From NCBI GenBank assembly GCA_052327205.1, contig CM126212.1, forward strand, positions 16,678,001 to 16,742,000: a stretch of DNA of 64,000 bases, written 5' to 3'. The notes beneath the pieces were generated by a model. It ran no database searches. It was not told the origin of the DNA and saw only the letters and a list, made by a program, of their open reading frames with translations. This document shows, piece by piece, positions 26,054-37,394 of the stretch (the first letter of the stretch is position 1; each line of letters opens with the position of its first letter). The position numbers and the translations under genes were made by a program. Origin of the DNA: Somniosus microcephalus (lineage: Eukaryota).

Positions 26054-27593
26054 CTGAAACAGAGAAGATAAATGAACATGAAGAGAGAGCAAAGAACACA
26101 TCGGTTATGCATGGTGTCGGTGGTGAATGGTTCAAATTGACTGTCAGATTTTCCCTCTCCCCCATGTAAAAGCAGATCATCTTGACAGTGCAATCCTGGA
26201 ATAGTGCAGCTGAGGCCAAGAACTCACCATGTGGCGAATCACATTGGAATCCTGTGCCTGACCACTGCAATACACCTTCACAACAGTTTCTGTTGCAATT
26301 ATGTTCGTTGCATGGCCTGTTACAACACCGTGCTTTCCTAACTAATTTCTTATTTGTAATGTATCCCGTAATCCCAGCACTGCGTTGGTGGATTCCGATT
26401 TGAAATTTCCTGTGTATATAGCACAAACAGTTAAACACATATCTGGAGGGGAGTTTATCAGAGAGGGTGGTTCCTTTTTGTACATTTCATTTTTAATCCC
26501 ACTTTACCATAATAGCCATATGAATGCTCTAAATCCACAAAAAACACCCATAAAGAAACAATTTGTGCCAACTATATATAGATCTTAAAAAGCTTAACAG
26601 TGAAAACTGCACGAGGATTGAATCAAAGGGTGCACCACATTTCTCAGTTGAGAAACATCCCAATTATGCACCTCCAAGCATCCGCTTAATAAAACTAATC
26701 ACACTCCAGAAACAGTCTGACGAGCACCCCCAAGGAGATTTAAAATGGCTCCCAGCAGAGCTATTTATATAAAGCCTTGAGCTATGGGCTTTTTTGTTGC
26801 TGATCATTTTGAATTTGCCACTAAAAATAAGCATCAGGGACTAATGAGGTGGAGATTAGATTGCCCTACTCTGCAAAGTTCCCAAACCTACCCGCATCAC
26901 CACAGAGTTTCCAAGCTCCATTTAGCAGCTCCCCAACAGAACAGAGGGACAACTTTTGCTGGGCTACGATCGCACTTTTCCAAGTGGCATGTGGAAAGCC
27001 AGCATTGGAGGAGGACTGGGAGTAGAGTTACCTGTTCTCCATGCATAGCAGGGCATAAAAGAAAAGACCTGTAATGGTAGAAAAAGGAGAAAACAAAAAC
27101 GGATAGCGGAGCCTCAGAAATAAAAACCCACCAGGCTGGGCCGTTCAGACGTACTTGGTGTTTTGCCTCCAAATTTTGCTTCAGTGAACAATTATCAGCA
27201 AATCTTGAATTTCTCAACCTCTCTACATTGAAGCCAGAGAACCTAATGAACGCCTGCCACAAACAACAAATAAGCCGCTCCCCATCACATCTCAAAATTA
27301 AAGTGAAAGAAAAACAAGTATTGCAAGAGTAAGCAATTTACAAATGTGTGTGAATAAAAGAGCGGCACCTGTAATATTCTAAAGCACACCTGGAAACCTG
27401 GATACATACAATGAAAGATAGGCACCCTTCCAACAAGATTACAAATAGATCTTCCCTTAAAAAAAAATTACAAAATAATGGATGAAAGCTCACCTAATAA
27501 AAAAAGTATATAAGAAACTAAAAACACGTACACACAGACCAGATGCACCTCGTTAACAAACAAGATGAATGCATTTTCCGCGCATTCACTTAC

Positions 27594-27860
27594 AAGTCTA
27601 GCATGGTGCCAAGTAGATTCAGTTTCACACCTGCATGTAAGTTGGAGCATAAATCAGGCATCAAGGCCCTAATTGGCTCCAAAGCAAAGTGGACTGAATC
27701 TTCCTCCTCCTCCAGAGAGTCTCATCCTTGTTGTTCCAGTGTCAGGTTGGGCCCTGACTTAGGAATCAGGCTGCATTTACACTATAGCTGCAGCATCGAT
27801 GGGAATGTACTCTTAGCTCTCCAAAGAGTTCTTGTACTTAAACAATTTCTAGTTAAGGAT
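27594..27860 (-). other. Candidate 267-nt exon with a late start codon (GCACCATG-CTA-GAC-TT|gtaagt)
   Basis: Acceptor tgtttgttgttacag at 27861-27875; consensus donor gtaagt at 27588-27593; Kozak-like ATG at 27602-27604. Confidence 0.4.
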
Positions 27861-27927
27861 CTGTAACAACAAACATTAAAACTATCATAAAATATTCATC
27901 ACGGGACTTATGACCATTCACATACCA

Positions 27928-28490
27928 TGGCCGAGAAATTGGAGCACATGCGGTACACATTTAATGAGGCCAGCGGCAGGACCACAGGAAATTGGACCGC
28001 AAGCATCATTTGGTTATTACCAGTGAGCTGTAGGCACTAATGGCAGCTCGCTGGTCCTGGGAGGCACCAAGATCGGCTGGCTCGGATACCGGCTTAGAGT
28101 GCAAGTAGAGTCGGTGGGGTGGAAGAAAGTCAAATCAGGAGGCGGCGGGTGAGTGGCGGCCGGCAGCAGCCCGCAAATTTAACAAGGAGCCAAGAAGAGT
28201 ACTCCCGCTCCTCCCGGCTCCACAATAAGGCAAAAAAAAATTACGGTTACCTTTCCAGAAGCAGTCTTTAGCGGTCCCTTTAAGGACTGCTGGTTTGGTT
28301 GCCAAGCACATTCGAATATTTACAGCAGCATGCTGGCTTCAGGCACCAGCTCGGGACACCTATGCAGGGGCCTTTACCAACGTGGTGGGCAGCACACTTC
28401 CAGCGCGGAATAACTGCCCACTACACTGGATGCTTAGGTACCCATTTTACACCTGTAAAACGGGTGCATGGCCATCGCATTTCTAGTCCA
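27928..28490. mobile_element. Non-autonomous Harbinger-like element, diverged
   Basis: Ends TGGCCGAGAAATT / ATTTCTAGTCCA resemble the TIR of 61152-61796; flanks CCA/CTA. Confidence 0.55.
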
Positions 28491-28948
28491 CTATGTTTAT
28501 ATCTAAACCAACTTTAAGGTTATGCATTAATACTGAACATCTCGCTTTGTGGAAAGCCTAATGCAGAATGAGAAAATAGATCGCCATCTGAATTCAGCAG
28601 CTTAATTTAAATTAAGTAAAAAGCAAAACAAGTTGAGCGAGTGAGACTGATTTTATGAAATGACTCTCTTGACCAGGACCCTCACCTACTGGGAGAGCAC
28701 ATCAGGAATTCAGGCACGTGCTCTCCAGGATTTTCCAGCCATTAAAATTTTAATGGATAAAAAATTATCAATGTGCCTTCCTGGTGAGGCAGGGCTCCCC
28801 ACCAGGAGCAAGTCATCCACAAGTCAAAAACCATGGGGAAAATTCTACCCGGCACTGAAGTGGAGAACCCAAATTTTCATATTGTGTATGTGGATTTGAT
28901 TCATATTATGTTTGGGCATAAATCATAGTGTCACATTTATTATAGTGT

Positions 28949-29095
28949 GGAGATGCCGGTGTTGGACTGGGGTGGACAAATGTAAGGAGTCACACAACAC
29001 CAGGTTATAGTCCAACAGTTTTATTTGAAATCACTGAAATGATTTCAAATAAAACTGTTGGACTATAACCTGGTGTTGTGTGACTCCTTACATTT
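28949..29095. repeat. Penelope-like terminal remnant forming a perfect 56-bp hairpin
   Basis: 28978-29033 is the exact reverse complement of 29040-29095, with a 6-nt loop; sequence resembles shark Penelope-type termini. Confidence 0.8.
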
Positions 29096-29934
29096 ATTGT
29101 AAACAGTGAGTAACACTATAACTACTCTGTTACACGCAATTAATTTATTTTGTCCACCACAACCTATTGCATACAACAGAATTCCAGGACACACACACAT
29201 TTATTCCATAAATCGTCATTCTCATTGCCGTAGATCAGGAAATATTTGCAAACCAAGTAACTGCAACTTTCACCAACTACAGTATCATTAAATTTTAAAA
29301 TTATACCACTATGAAGAAAAGGTATTCCTGCAATGTGCAGCGACAGTATCCGTTGTACAGAAAATGTAGAAGGCTACATTTCTTGGGCTTTGAGGTAAAA
29401 GATAACAGCTGTTTAAATTTACATTTTGTACAAAATTTCATAATTGTGTGAATGCTAAAACCATATTGAGCGATAAAAGACAAATTTCAACAAGTAGAAT
29501 TACTTCGCTGCCCCTTCCCATAACACATTAGCTTCTTAAAAAAAAAAACCAATTTCTTTGTGTTTGAATTTGTAAACCACACATGGGCCTATAATATTAC
29601 TTTTGGAATTGAATACAAGTTGGAGGAAAAGTTAAACATCATAAGTATACGTAATAATAGCAAACAGATGGCAAAGTACTGCGTGAAGTTAAACACACAG
29701 GAAGTTTGCCAGGAAGATTTAATCCACTCTTACTTATTAACCCTCTAAACACAAGCATGTTTGAGAGTTTTGGCAAGTCTTGACCCTACAGGAATATATT
29801 TATAAAAATATATATCCTTAATGCAACATACTTTTTTTTTAAAGAATGAAGGAATAGGGCTAGCCCCCAGTGAGACCTTTCAATATGAATTTGATTTGAA
29901 GCCGATGCGTTCAAATTACGACCCCCCTGCCCTG

Positions 29935-30145
29935 TGACCTCTACCACTGAGAAGGAGAAGAGCAGCAATGTCGTGGGAACACGATCATCTCCAAGTCACA
30001 CACCATTCCTGACTTGGACATACACCGCCGTTCCTTCATTGTCGCTGGGTCAATATCCTGGAATTCTATACCCAACACCATCACTGGAGCACCATTGGCA
30101 CAAGGGCCTTCACTGGCTCAAGAAGGCGGCCCATTACCATTTTCT
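29935..30145 (+). mobile_element. Diverged LINE 3' fragment (family of 13100-13853)
   Basis: CCAAGTCACACACCATTCCTGACTTGGA...GCTCAAGAAGGCGGCCCA matches the other copy. Confidence 0.65.
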
Positions 30146-30699
30146 AAATATGGCCCACAACCCCGGCCTACCAAGCCCACAAGGTCCCAGCAACTCGGTT
30201 GCTCTTTTGTGCTTGTATTTCTTACACTGCTGGTTAAACTGTTTGACTTTCGTGGGCCTGAAGGTTTGGCGAGCTACTCCTCACTGATTAATAAATCCAA
30301 AATCTGATCTGTAACTCAATGGGAAAGTTTATTTAAACATTATATGTGGCCCAGAGGCTCCTAGTCCTAAGTACCTTACAATAGCATATAAAGCTTGGAT
30401 AACACTGATTTAAAGGAACATTCACTCTGCCTCTCAACGTCTATGCAGTTTTATTTCCATATTTTCAAATGACATTTTCATAATTGCCTTCCAAGGATGC
30501 TGAAACAAAATCTATCCTAACACAATCACACGAGATCACATCAAAAGCTGCTCCTATTCCCACATAGCAACAGCTGCTACTGCTACAGTAGAGGTTTGAC
30601 ACAGAATTAAAACTCTGCTCATCAAATAAAACCACCCAAATAAATTATTTTCATTAGATACTTTGCAATCCAATTTATTATTTAATAGATAAAAAGTTA

Positions 30700-31033
30700 C
30701 AGGAAACTCTCTTTTAACCGGCACCTAAATAACCGGAAACCTCTGTTAACCGGCAAAATTCAGGAGCAGGTTCAGGTAAGTTTTACTTCATACTAGTGAC
30801 AGTTCCTGGATCTGTGGCTGTGTAACTGGGGTTCGTGCACTTGTTGCTAAGCAACAGGGACGCTTGGTCTGTGGCCAGAGTTCCTGCACATGTTGCTAAG
30901 CAACAGGGAAGCCTGGATTTGTTGCTGTGTACGGAGCTCTCGTACCTTTTAAACTATACCTCTCTGCAATCCGGACTTTGATAAACCAGCACCACGCCGG
31001 TTCCGTTGGCACCGGATAATAAAGAGTTTCCTG
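30700..31033. mobile_element. Tc1/mariner (pogo/Tigger-like) MITE
   Basis: TA|CAGGAAACTCT ... AGAGTTTCCTG|TA. Confidence 0.88.
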
Positions 31034-31264
31034 TACCTCGTATTATTGCAGATACAGTGTGTCCCCTTGGGCTGCACTAAATAACTCAGGCAATTCAAGA
31101 GGCAAGTGCACCCCTTAACTGACCAGCCAGTAGCTCATATGTGCAACCAGTCACCCACAAATGTCAATTGAACAAGTTCATTGAGTTCGGTGGATAGAGT
31201 AACACATTAAGACAAGGCATATCAGTGGGACAAAAATCGCATTACTTATCTTGTTCTAGAATAA

Positions 31265-31341
31265 TCACACTTCCTTGCCAGCTGACTGCATAACAGCAAT
31301 GATGTGGTCATACAGAGGTCCATGGGCCAGACCATTCCACC
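31265..31341 (-). other. Candidate terminal exon (WNGLAHGPLYDHIIAVMQSAGKEV* in phase 1)
   Basis: Pyrimidine-rich upstream tract ending ctccttcacggtag|GG; non-repeat sequence. Confidence 0.3.
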
Positions 31342-31810
31342 CTACCGTGAAGGAGAATGCAGTGTGCGAGGGGCCCCGGAGAGGAGAGGAAAAACAGGAA
31401 AAGCTAAGAGGTAAAAAGTGGGGGGTGGAAATCTATTAAAGGGGAAGTAGTGAAAGTAGTGTGCATTAAAGCGCTGAAGTGTCAACAATTGGAAAATAAA
31501 CACTGTAAAAGAATGTCAATGCAATTGCAGTTTCTCATTTTTTGTTAGCACTGGCTTTGGAATCTCCATTGGCCTCGTGTCTCCATTTGACAATTTCACT
31601 GGCTAGTTATGGTCATTTCTGATGAATTTAGTTCTGAATGTTCGTCCTGTTTGTTTATAACTCTTTTTTCTTAGAACAGGATCCAAACAAAATTTGCAGA
31701 ACAGTGAAATTCAAAAAACTGCTAAATACTTGGACAAATAACGTAGCATGCTTTATTTGAATTGTGTGGCTTGGCTCCTCCTCTGACCAAACCTATGTCA
31801 GAACATTGTA

Positions 31811-32139
31811 CAGGAAACTTTGCGCTATCCGGCACCGACGGGACCGAGCTGTTGCCGTTCCCTCAAAACTGCCGGACACACCAGCGTTAATGTTGAAGCA
31901 TACGGAGCTTTTCATCTCCGTATCGAACAAACACTGTTGCTTAGCAACAGCTTCTAAACAGTCGGCCCGTACCTTGGAAGCGTCTCTCTGAAGCTGTTGC
32001 TAAGCTACAGAGACTTTGCAGAGCCTGTTGGAAAAAAAAAGCCACGAGAAGAAAAAAAACCTAACAAAACGGCTCCTGATTTTTGCCGGTGGCTCGAGCT
32101 TGCCGGACATTTAGCCTCCGGATAACACAAAGTTTCCTG
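31811..32139. mobile_element. Tc1/mariner (pogo/Tigger-like) MITE
   Basis: TA|CAGGAAACTTTG ... CAAAGTTTCCTG|TA. Confidence 0.88.
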
Positions 32140-32643
32140 TACCAAGTTAAGCAGAGACATGACTTCTGTCAGTGAAACGGTTTGTAATTAATTCTGTCAT
32201 GGCACATAAGCAAAAAAGCCAACGCTAAAACTTTAACAAAAGTGCTTAATTTTGTCACATAACACACAAACCTAAGATACATTAGCAAATGCTTACAAAT
32301 CCTCAATAGTAAGCAGGGAAATGTTAATAACAAATAATCCAAAAGCAGCACAACCACCTTTAGCCATGACTGATTTAGAAATAAATGTTATTCATTTTCC
32401 AGTGCATGAAATATATTATTTTGTGAAACCCAAATGCAACAGCATGAAATAATTTTAAAGACAAATGAACATTAGCATGTAATTTAGAGTCAAACTCACA
32501 CAGCAAGTTGCCCATAATTTAGGGATTAGCTGTAACTTCTTATAAAAGGTGTCGTTTTGAAAGAATTAAATGAATATATTAAAAAATACTTGATCGTGAT
32601 TTGTCGAAGTGTGATATAGGTAACAAATTCAGACCTAAAAAGA

Positions 32644-34938
32644 GGGGCCTGTAACTTTGTCGGGAACCCCTGAAAGGTGTGGATCTTAAGTGGAGCGAAA
32701 CTTTTACCCGCCCACTTCTGGTGTCCCTGAGCTTGGGGGGTCAGGGTCATTTAAATGTTAAGGGCAGGCGCCTGTGGCATTTCAGGCCTAGCTAGGGCAC
32801 CTGCTTCACTTGGGGAGTGGAGGGGCGGGGGAGGGGGGAAGAATTTAACTCAGGCACTTTGCTGCTGTGTTAGCAGTACTGTGGGGCTCTGGTGGGGTGG
32901 CTGAAAAATTGAACATGCCCGGTGCCGCCTGTAGGGTTCGAAAATCCACAACCACGTTTTACCAAAAATTGGATTGCCCTATACAATTTAAAACCAACAT
33001 TTTCGGCCAAGGCAGGGGTCCCGACAAGCAGGCTGGGATATGCCTGTGACATCCGAATACAGGGGACTGTGGCTCAGAGGCGAGCCATAGATGTCGGCCA
33101 ATCGAAGCAGAGTGCATTCTCAAAGGCCAATCAGGGGACCGAGTCAGACCTGAAGCGAGGAAACCCCTGGCCAATGGGGACCACCCGGTCCGGGTTTGAA
33201 TATGTGACTCACCCCTAATCGGGTTATGAATACAAGCCATCATCACCTTAATCAACTCGGACTAGGGACAATAGTCTTGGGATCACTACAGTTAAGAGGT
33301 GGCCCAAACTAATCAAGTCCCAGGACTGACACAATGGGGCAGCAGACTTGCAGGAGCCGATGTGCACTCAAAACAATACCCCTGTCCTCACACCTACCTG
33401 TATAAATATGGAACACAAGAAGGACCAATGCTGAGAGAGAACTATTACCAGAAGAACGAACAGGAGAGTGAGTTAAGACGCCGAGGGAAAAGACGAGCCC
33501 GGGAGGGACGAGCTGGGGCGAACTAACATCTAAAGAACTCCAACCGCGCTGAGGAGAAGATCCACCATCAGGCCCCAGGCTCAATCGGTATACTGAAGGT
33601 TTACTCCGCTACCAGACGGCGCAACATCGCCGCAAGAAGCCGTACCGTATACCGACTCCCGTTCCGGGGACCTCGACAAGAAGACACCAATGACCGAAGT
33701 GGCTGTGGAAGACGGCATTCACTCATGTCATTTCGGGAACCTTTTCCATCAAGCACAAACCAACCAACGACAACCGACCGAAAGCGCAATCAACAAAACC
33801 AAACTTCAAGAAAACCCGACCAGACGCAGCAAGGTTCTCTCCGAGGTTCGGGGTACGGCGAACCCCGAGGCACAGGTCGAATTCCGACGACGACAGCAAC
33901 AACACAACCGCACTCAAAATTCCATCTGTCAAGGGAGGAGGCTGTGAGTATAATCCAAGGGCCTGTAACGGTCAGTCTAGTTTAGGTAGGAAAGTGGGTT
34001 GGTGGGATTGGACTTGGTAAAGATAAAACTGTGTAAACATTCTCATTGTGTCCGTTCTCTCTCATATTTTATTTATAGTTATAAATGTGTGTGTGTGTGT
34101 TTATTATGTTTGTGGTAGAACTTACCTTGGCAAATAAAATTGGTTGTCACCTGTTCTTTTTCCAAGGACTACTTGTCTCCGAGTGTCTATTTAAAGTGCA
34201 TCGTTCTCCACCCAAATTCTGGAGTTAGAACCAGGTAGGGGCATTAGGGCGCTTCGAACCCGCCAAACAAGGGAACAGCAGGCTAGGGAAAAGAGAGAGG
34301 ACTCCAGGAGCACTTGGGCTCAGGAGTACCCCACAGATTAGGTATAAACTGTGCGGGTCGCCACCGTATTTTAGTCCTCCTCTATAAGCTGTTGTTCTCT
34401 ATCTCCTTAGAGGGTGTTTAGTGACACCCGACCTGCAGGCTAACATAAGCTGCAAGGGTATAAAAGGAGACCGAGGCCCAATACATCAACAGGCACTAAA
34501 GACCCCTGCAATTGGGCAGAGCAGAGCCCCATCCCCCTACACGCCTTCTGCCAGTTTCAGCGATGTAATCGATTGCTCTACACTCGGCTGCATTCCAAAA
34601 TCCAGAACCACCACCACCACCACCACCACCCCTCCACCCCCACCTCACCCCCCAAATCCCCCTTCCCCATGCCCACAGCAGAACTGGACGTCAGGGACTT
34701 GCTGACATCATGGGGAAGGAGCCACTTAGAGATAGATACATCTGTTACTGTATTGTCCAGTGTTTCTCTGGTTTTGACAATGATTTTAAAATTAGAAGAC
34801 TTTGCCACGGTCATAAATGAAAGCGTATCTCACTCATTTATTATCGTAACGCACCCTCAAACCTTCTGGGATTTCCGGCTGTGTCGAAAAGGGGTCAAAC
34901 CCTGATGGATCCCGATTCTGTCCCAATTTATAGGCACC
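32644..34938. mobile_element. Old Harbinger-like non-autonomous element that hosts the solo LTR
   Basis: Degenerate ends GGGGCCTGTAACTT / AATTTATAGGCACC; no clear TSD. Confidence 0.35.
32930..34541 (+). mobile_element. Solo LTR, 1612 bp (Gypsy- or ERV-type)
   Basis: TGTAGGG...CCCTACA termini; exact 4-bp TSD CGCC (32926-32929, 34542-34545); three CCAAT boxes (~33097-33175), TATAAAT (~33401), AATAAA (~34133). Confidence 0.88.
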
Positions 34939-34944
34939 AACAGG

Positions 34945-35207
34945 AAAAAAAATGACCATGAAAGCTGCCACACTGTCATACAAGCCCAACATTGTTCATT
35001 CATGTCCTTCAAGGAACTGGCCCTGCCTGGCCTACATGTGACTCTAGTCCAGACTAGATGGTTGACACTTAATGCCCCCTGAAGTGCCAAGCCATTAAAG
35101 TTATACAAACAGTAGCTTCAGAAATGCAGCCCACCAGTAATTCTCACCGCAACTACAGATGGGCAATAAATTCAGACTTGCCAGCATTGCCCACATCCCA
35201 AGAACAA
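34945..35207 (+). mobile_element. MetaSINE-like SINE, diverged
   Basis: Similar to the core and tail of 21612-21996. Confidence 0.65.
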
Positions 35208-35275
35208 ATGGAGGAGAAAAAGTTACAGTGGATCTGCTACAGATTTTACAGTTACCTAAAATGGAAGATTTAAAA

Positions 35276-35310
<35 letters not shown>

Positions 35311-35344
35311 CGATTATAAGCCGTTCCCGCCTCCAAAAAATTAT

Positions 35345-35785
35345 GGGGCTGATCTTTCTCTGTTTTGCACCCCTGGTGCTCCTATATCCCAGAGTGCAAA
35401 GCAGAGGGGAAAAAAAGCGCAAACCTGTTATGTCAGGTGGAACCCTCCTGCCCAACGCACTTTAGATGCCACGCTAACGAGGTAGGAGTGACGTCAATAG
35501 GCCTCCCACCTTTCCTGGTTCTCCACCTGGCAGAAGCCCAAACACAATGGTGTCCATTGTAGGTGAGCCTTCTAGGCTGCATTCACCCCTTTTCCAGGTT
35601 GCACCCAGCTCCCTTCGATTGAAAGATCTGAAAAGGGCTTCCAGCAATATCCTCTCACCTCCACACAGGTAAGGAGGTCCAGCAAGGAGGATCTTTGGGG
35701 CTTGAGTTTAAAAACAGCAGCCAGAACGCACTGAAACCGGCAGCCATTACCATTGTTCAGACCAATATAGGCGAGTTCAGGTCCC
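35345..35785. mobile_element. Possible Harbinger-like MITE
   Basis: Weakly inverted ends GGGGCTGATCT / AGTTCAGGTCCC; GC-richer than its flanks. Confidence 0.35.
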
Positions 35786-35789
35786 TTTA

Positions 35790-36360
35790 GTTGAAACAGA
35801 CAATACAGCATGGCTGATTACCTGACCATGGTAAAGGATATCAAACTGAGAAAAACCTTGACAATGTACAGACTTAGTGAACATAGCCTGGCGATCGAAA
35901 AAGGTAGACACAGGCAGACCCGGCTACCAAGAGAGGACAGGATATGCTCTCACTGCAGTCAGGGAGTGGTGGAGAGAGAGATGCACTTCCTCACAGCTTG
36001 TAGAAAATATCAGGGCCTAACGGAGAATTTCTACCCAAAATTCACAAAAATATGCCCGGAATTCAGAAATTTGAATGACGACCAAAAACTCCCATACCTA
36101 CTAGGGGAAGAGAGAAATTGTGTAACCTTAGCGGCACACTATGTTACAGCTTGCCATAAACAGGGACAACCACCAAATATAAGAAAAGAGTATATACAAA
36201 TTATATGAATGTATATTTATACACTCAGGGATATATCTGTTTATACACTGTATGGATAGATCTGTGTTTATGTGTTCAACCATAAATGTTTTTCGATGCT
36301 TTGGCAACATAAGATGTACCTTGTCATGCCAATAAAGCGATTTGAATTGAATTGAATTGA
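35790..36360 (+). mobile_element. RTE-X-like LINE 3' fragment with CCHC zinc knuckle
   Basis: Open ORF 35810-36208 (YRLSEHSLAIEKGRHRQ...RICSHC...EMHFLTACRKY); AATAAA followed by a (TTGAA)n tail. Confidence 0.8.
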
Positions 36361-36704
36361 AGCACAACCTCAGGTGTACTCCACAAGACTTGTACTCATG
36401 TGGAGGGTGGTGGTGGTGTGAAGGGGTGGGGGTGCAAGGAAGATCAGCCCTTGACATCAAGTGCAAGTACCAGTACAATACAAACAGTTAAAAAGAAACA
36501 ATTCACTCGCAGCTGGTTTTGTATGCTTTAGAAATCTCTCAGTATATGCATTTATACACTGTGCCTTGTAAGGCAGCCAACAGTCGAGAAACTAGTACCC
36601 GAGAGTATAAAAAGTTGCATTAGAGTTAGTTCAGCAATTCAATTGTGTCATAGACAGGTGGTGAATTCTCAGGGCATAAATGCTGTACATGGGCTGTAGA
36701 AATG

Positions 36705-37394
36705 GCGGTGGTGGTACCTCTCCAGTGCTTTGAGATGCCTGCTGTACATGGTCCATCTCGGAGGCATACAGCAGGGCACGTATCACTGCTGCTCTGTAGA
36801 CCATGAGCTTAGTGCCGGGTTTGAGGTCCTGGTCTTCAAACCGCAAGATCCTGCAAATTCATTAGCAGGATAGGCGCACCAACGTCAGTGTTCTCGCTCA
36901 AGCCAACATCCCCAGCATCGAAGCTTTGACCACACTCGATCAGCTCCGATGGACAGGTCACAGCGTCCACATGCCTGATACGAGACTCCCAAAACAAGCG
37001 CTCTACTCGGCGCTCCGACATGGCAAGAGAGCCCCAGGTGGGCAGAGGAAACGCTTCAAGGGCACCCTCAAAGCCTCCTTGAAAAAGTGTAACATCCCCA
37101 CCGACACCTGGGAATCCCTGGCCCAAGACCGCACAAAGTGGAGGAGAAGCATCCAGGAAGGCGCCGAGCACCTCAAGTCTCTTTGCCGGGAGCAAGCAGA
37201 AGCCAAGCGCAGGCAACGCAAGGAGCGCACGTCAACCCAAGCACCCCACCCACCCACCCGCCCCTTCAACCACCGTCTGCCCCACCTGTGACAGAGACTG
37301 TAGGTCCCACATTGGACTCATCAGTCACCTGCGAACTCATTTTTAATGTGGAAGCAAATCATCCTCGGTTCCGAGGGACTGCCTAAGAAGAAGA
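36705..37394 (+). mobile_element. RTE (BovB/Expander-like) LINE 3' fragment with 5' inversion
   Basis: Sense part 36841-37394 (QLRWTGH..MPDTRLPKQALYS...GGQRKRFK; (AAG)n tail); inverted part 36705-36840 (TKLMVYRAAVIRALLYASE). Confidence 0.9.
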
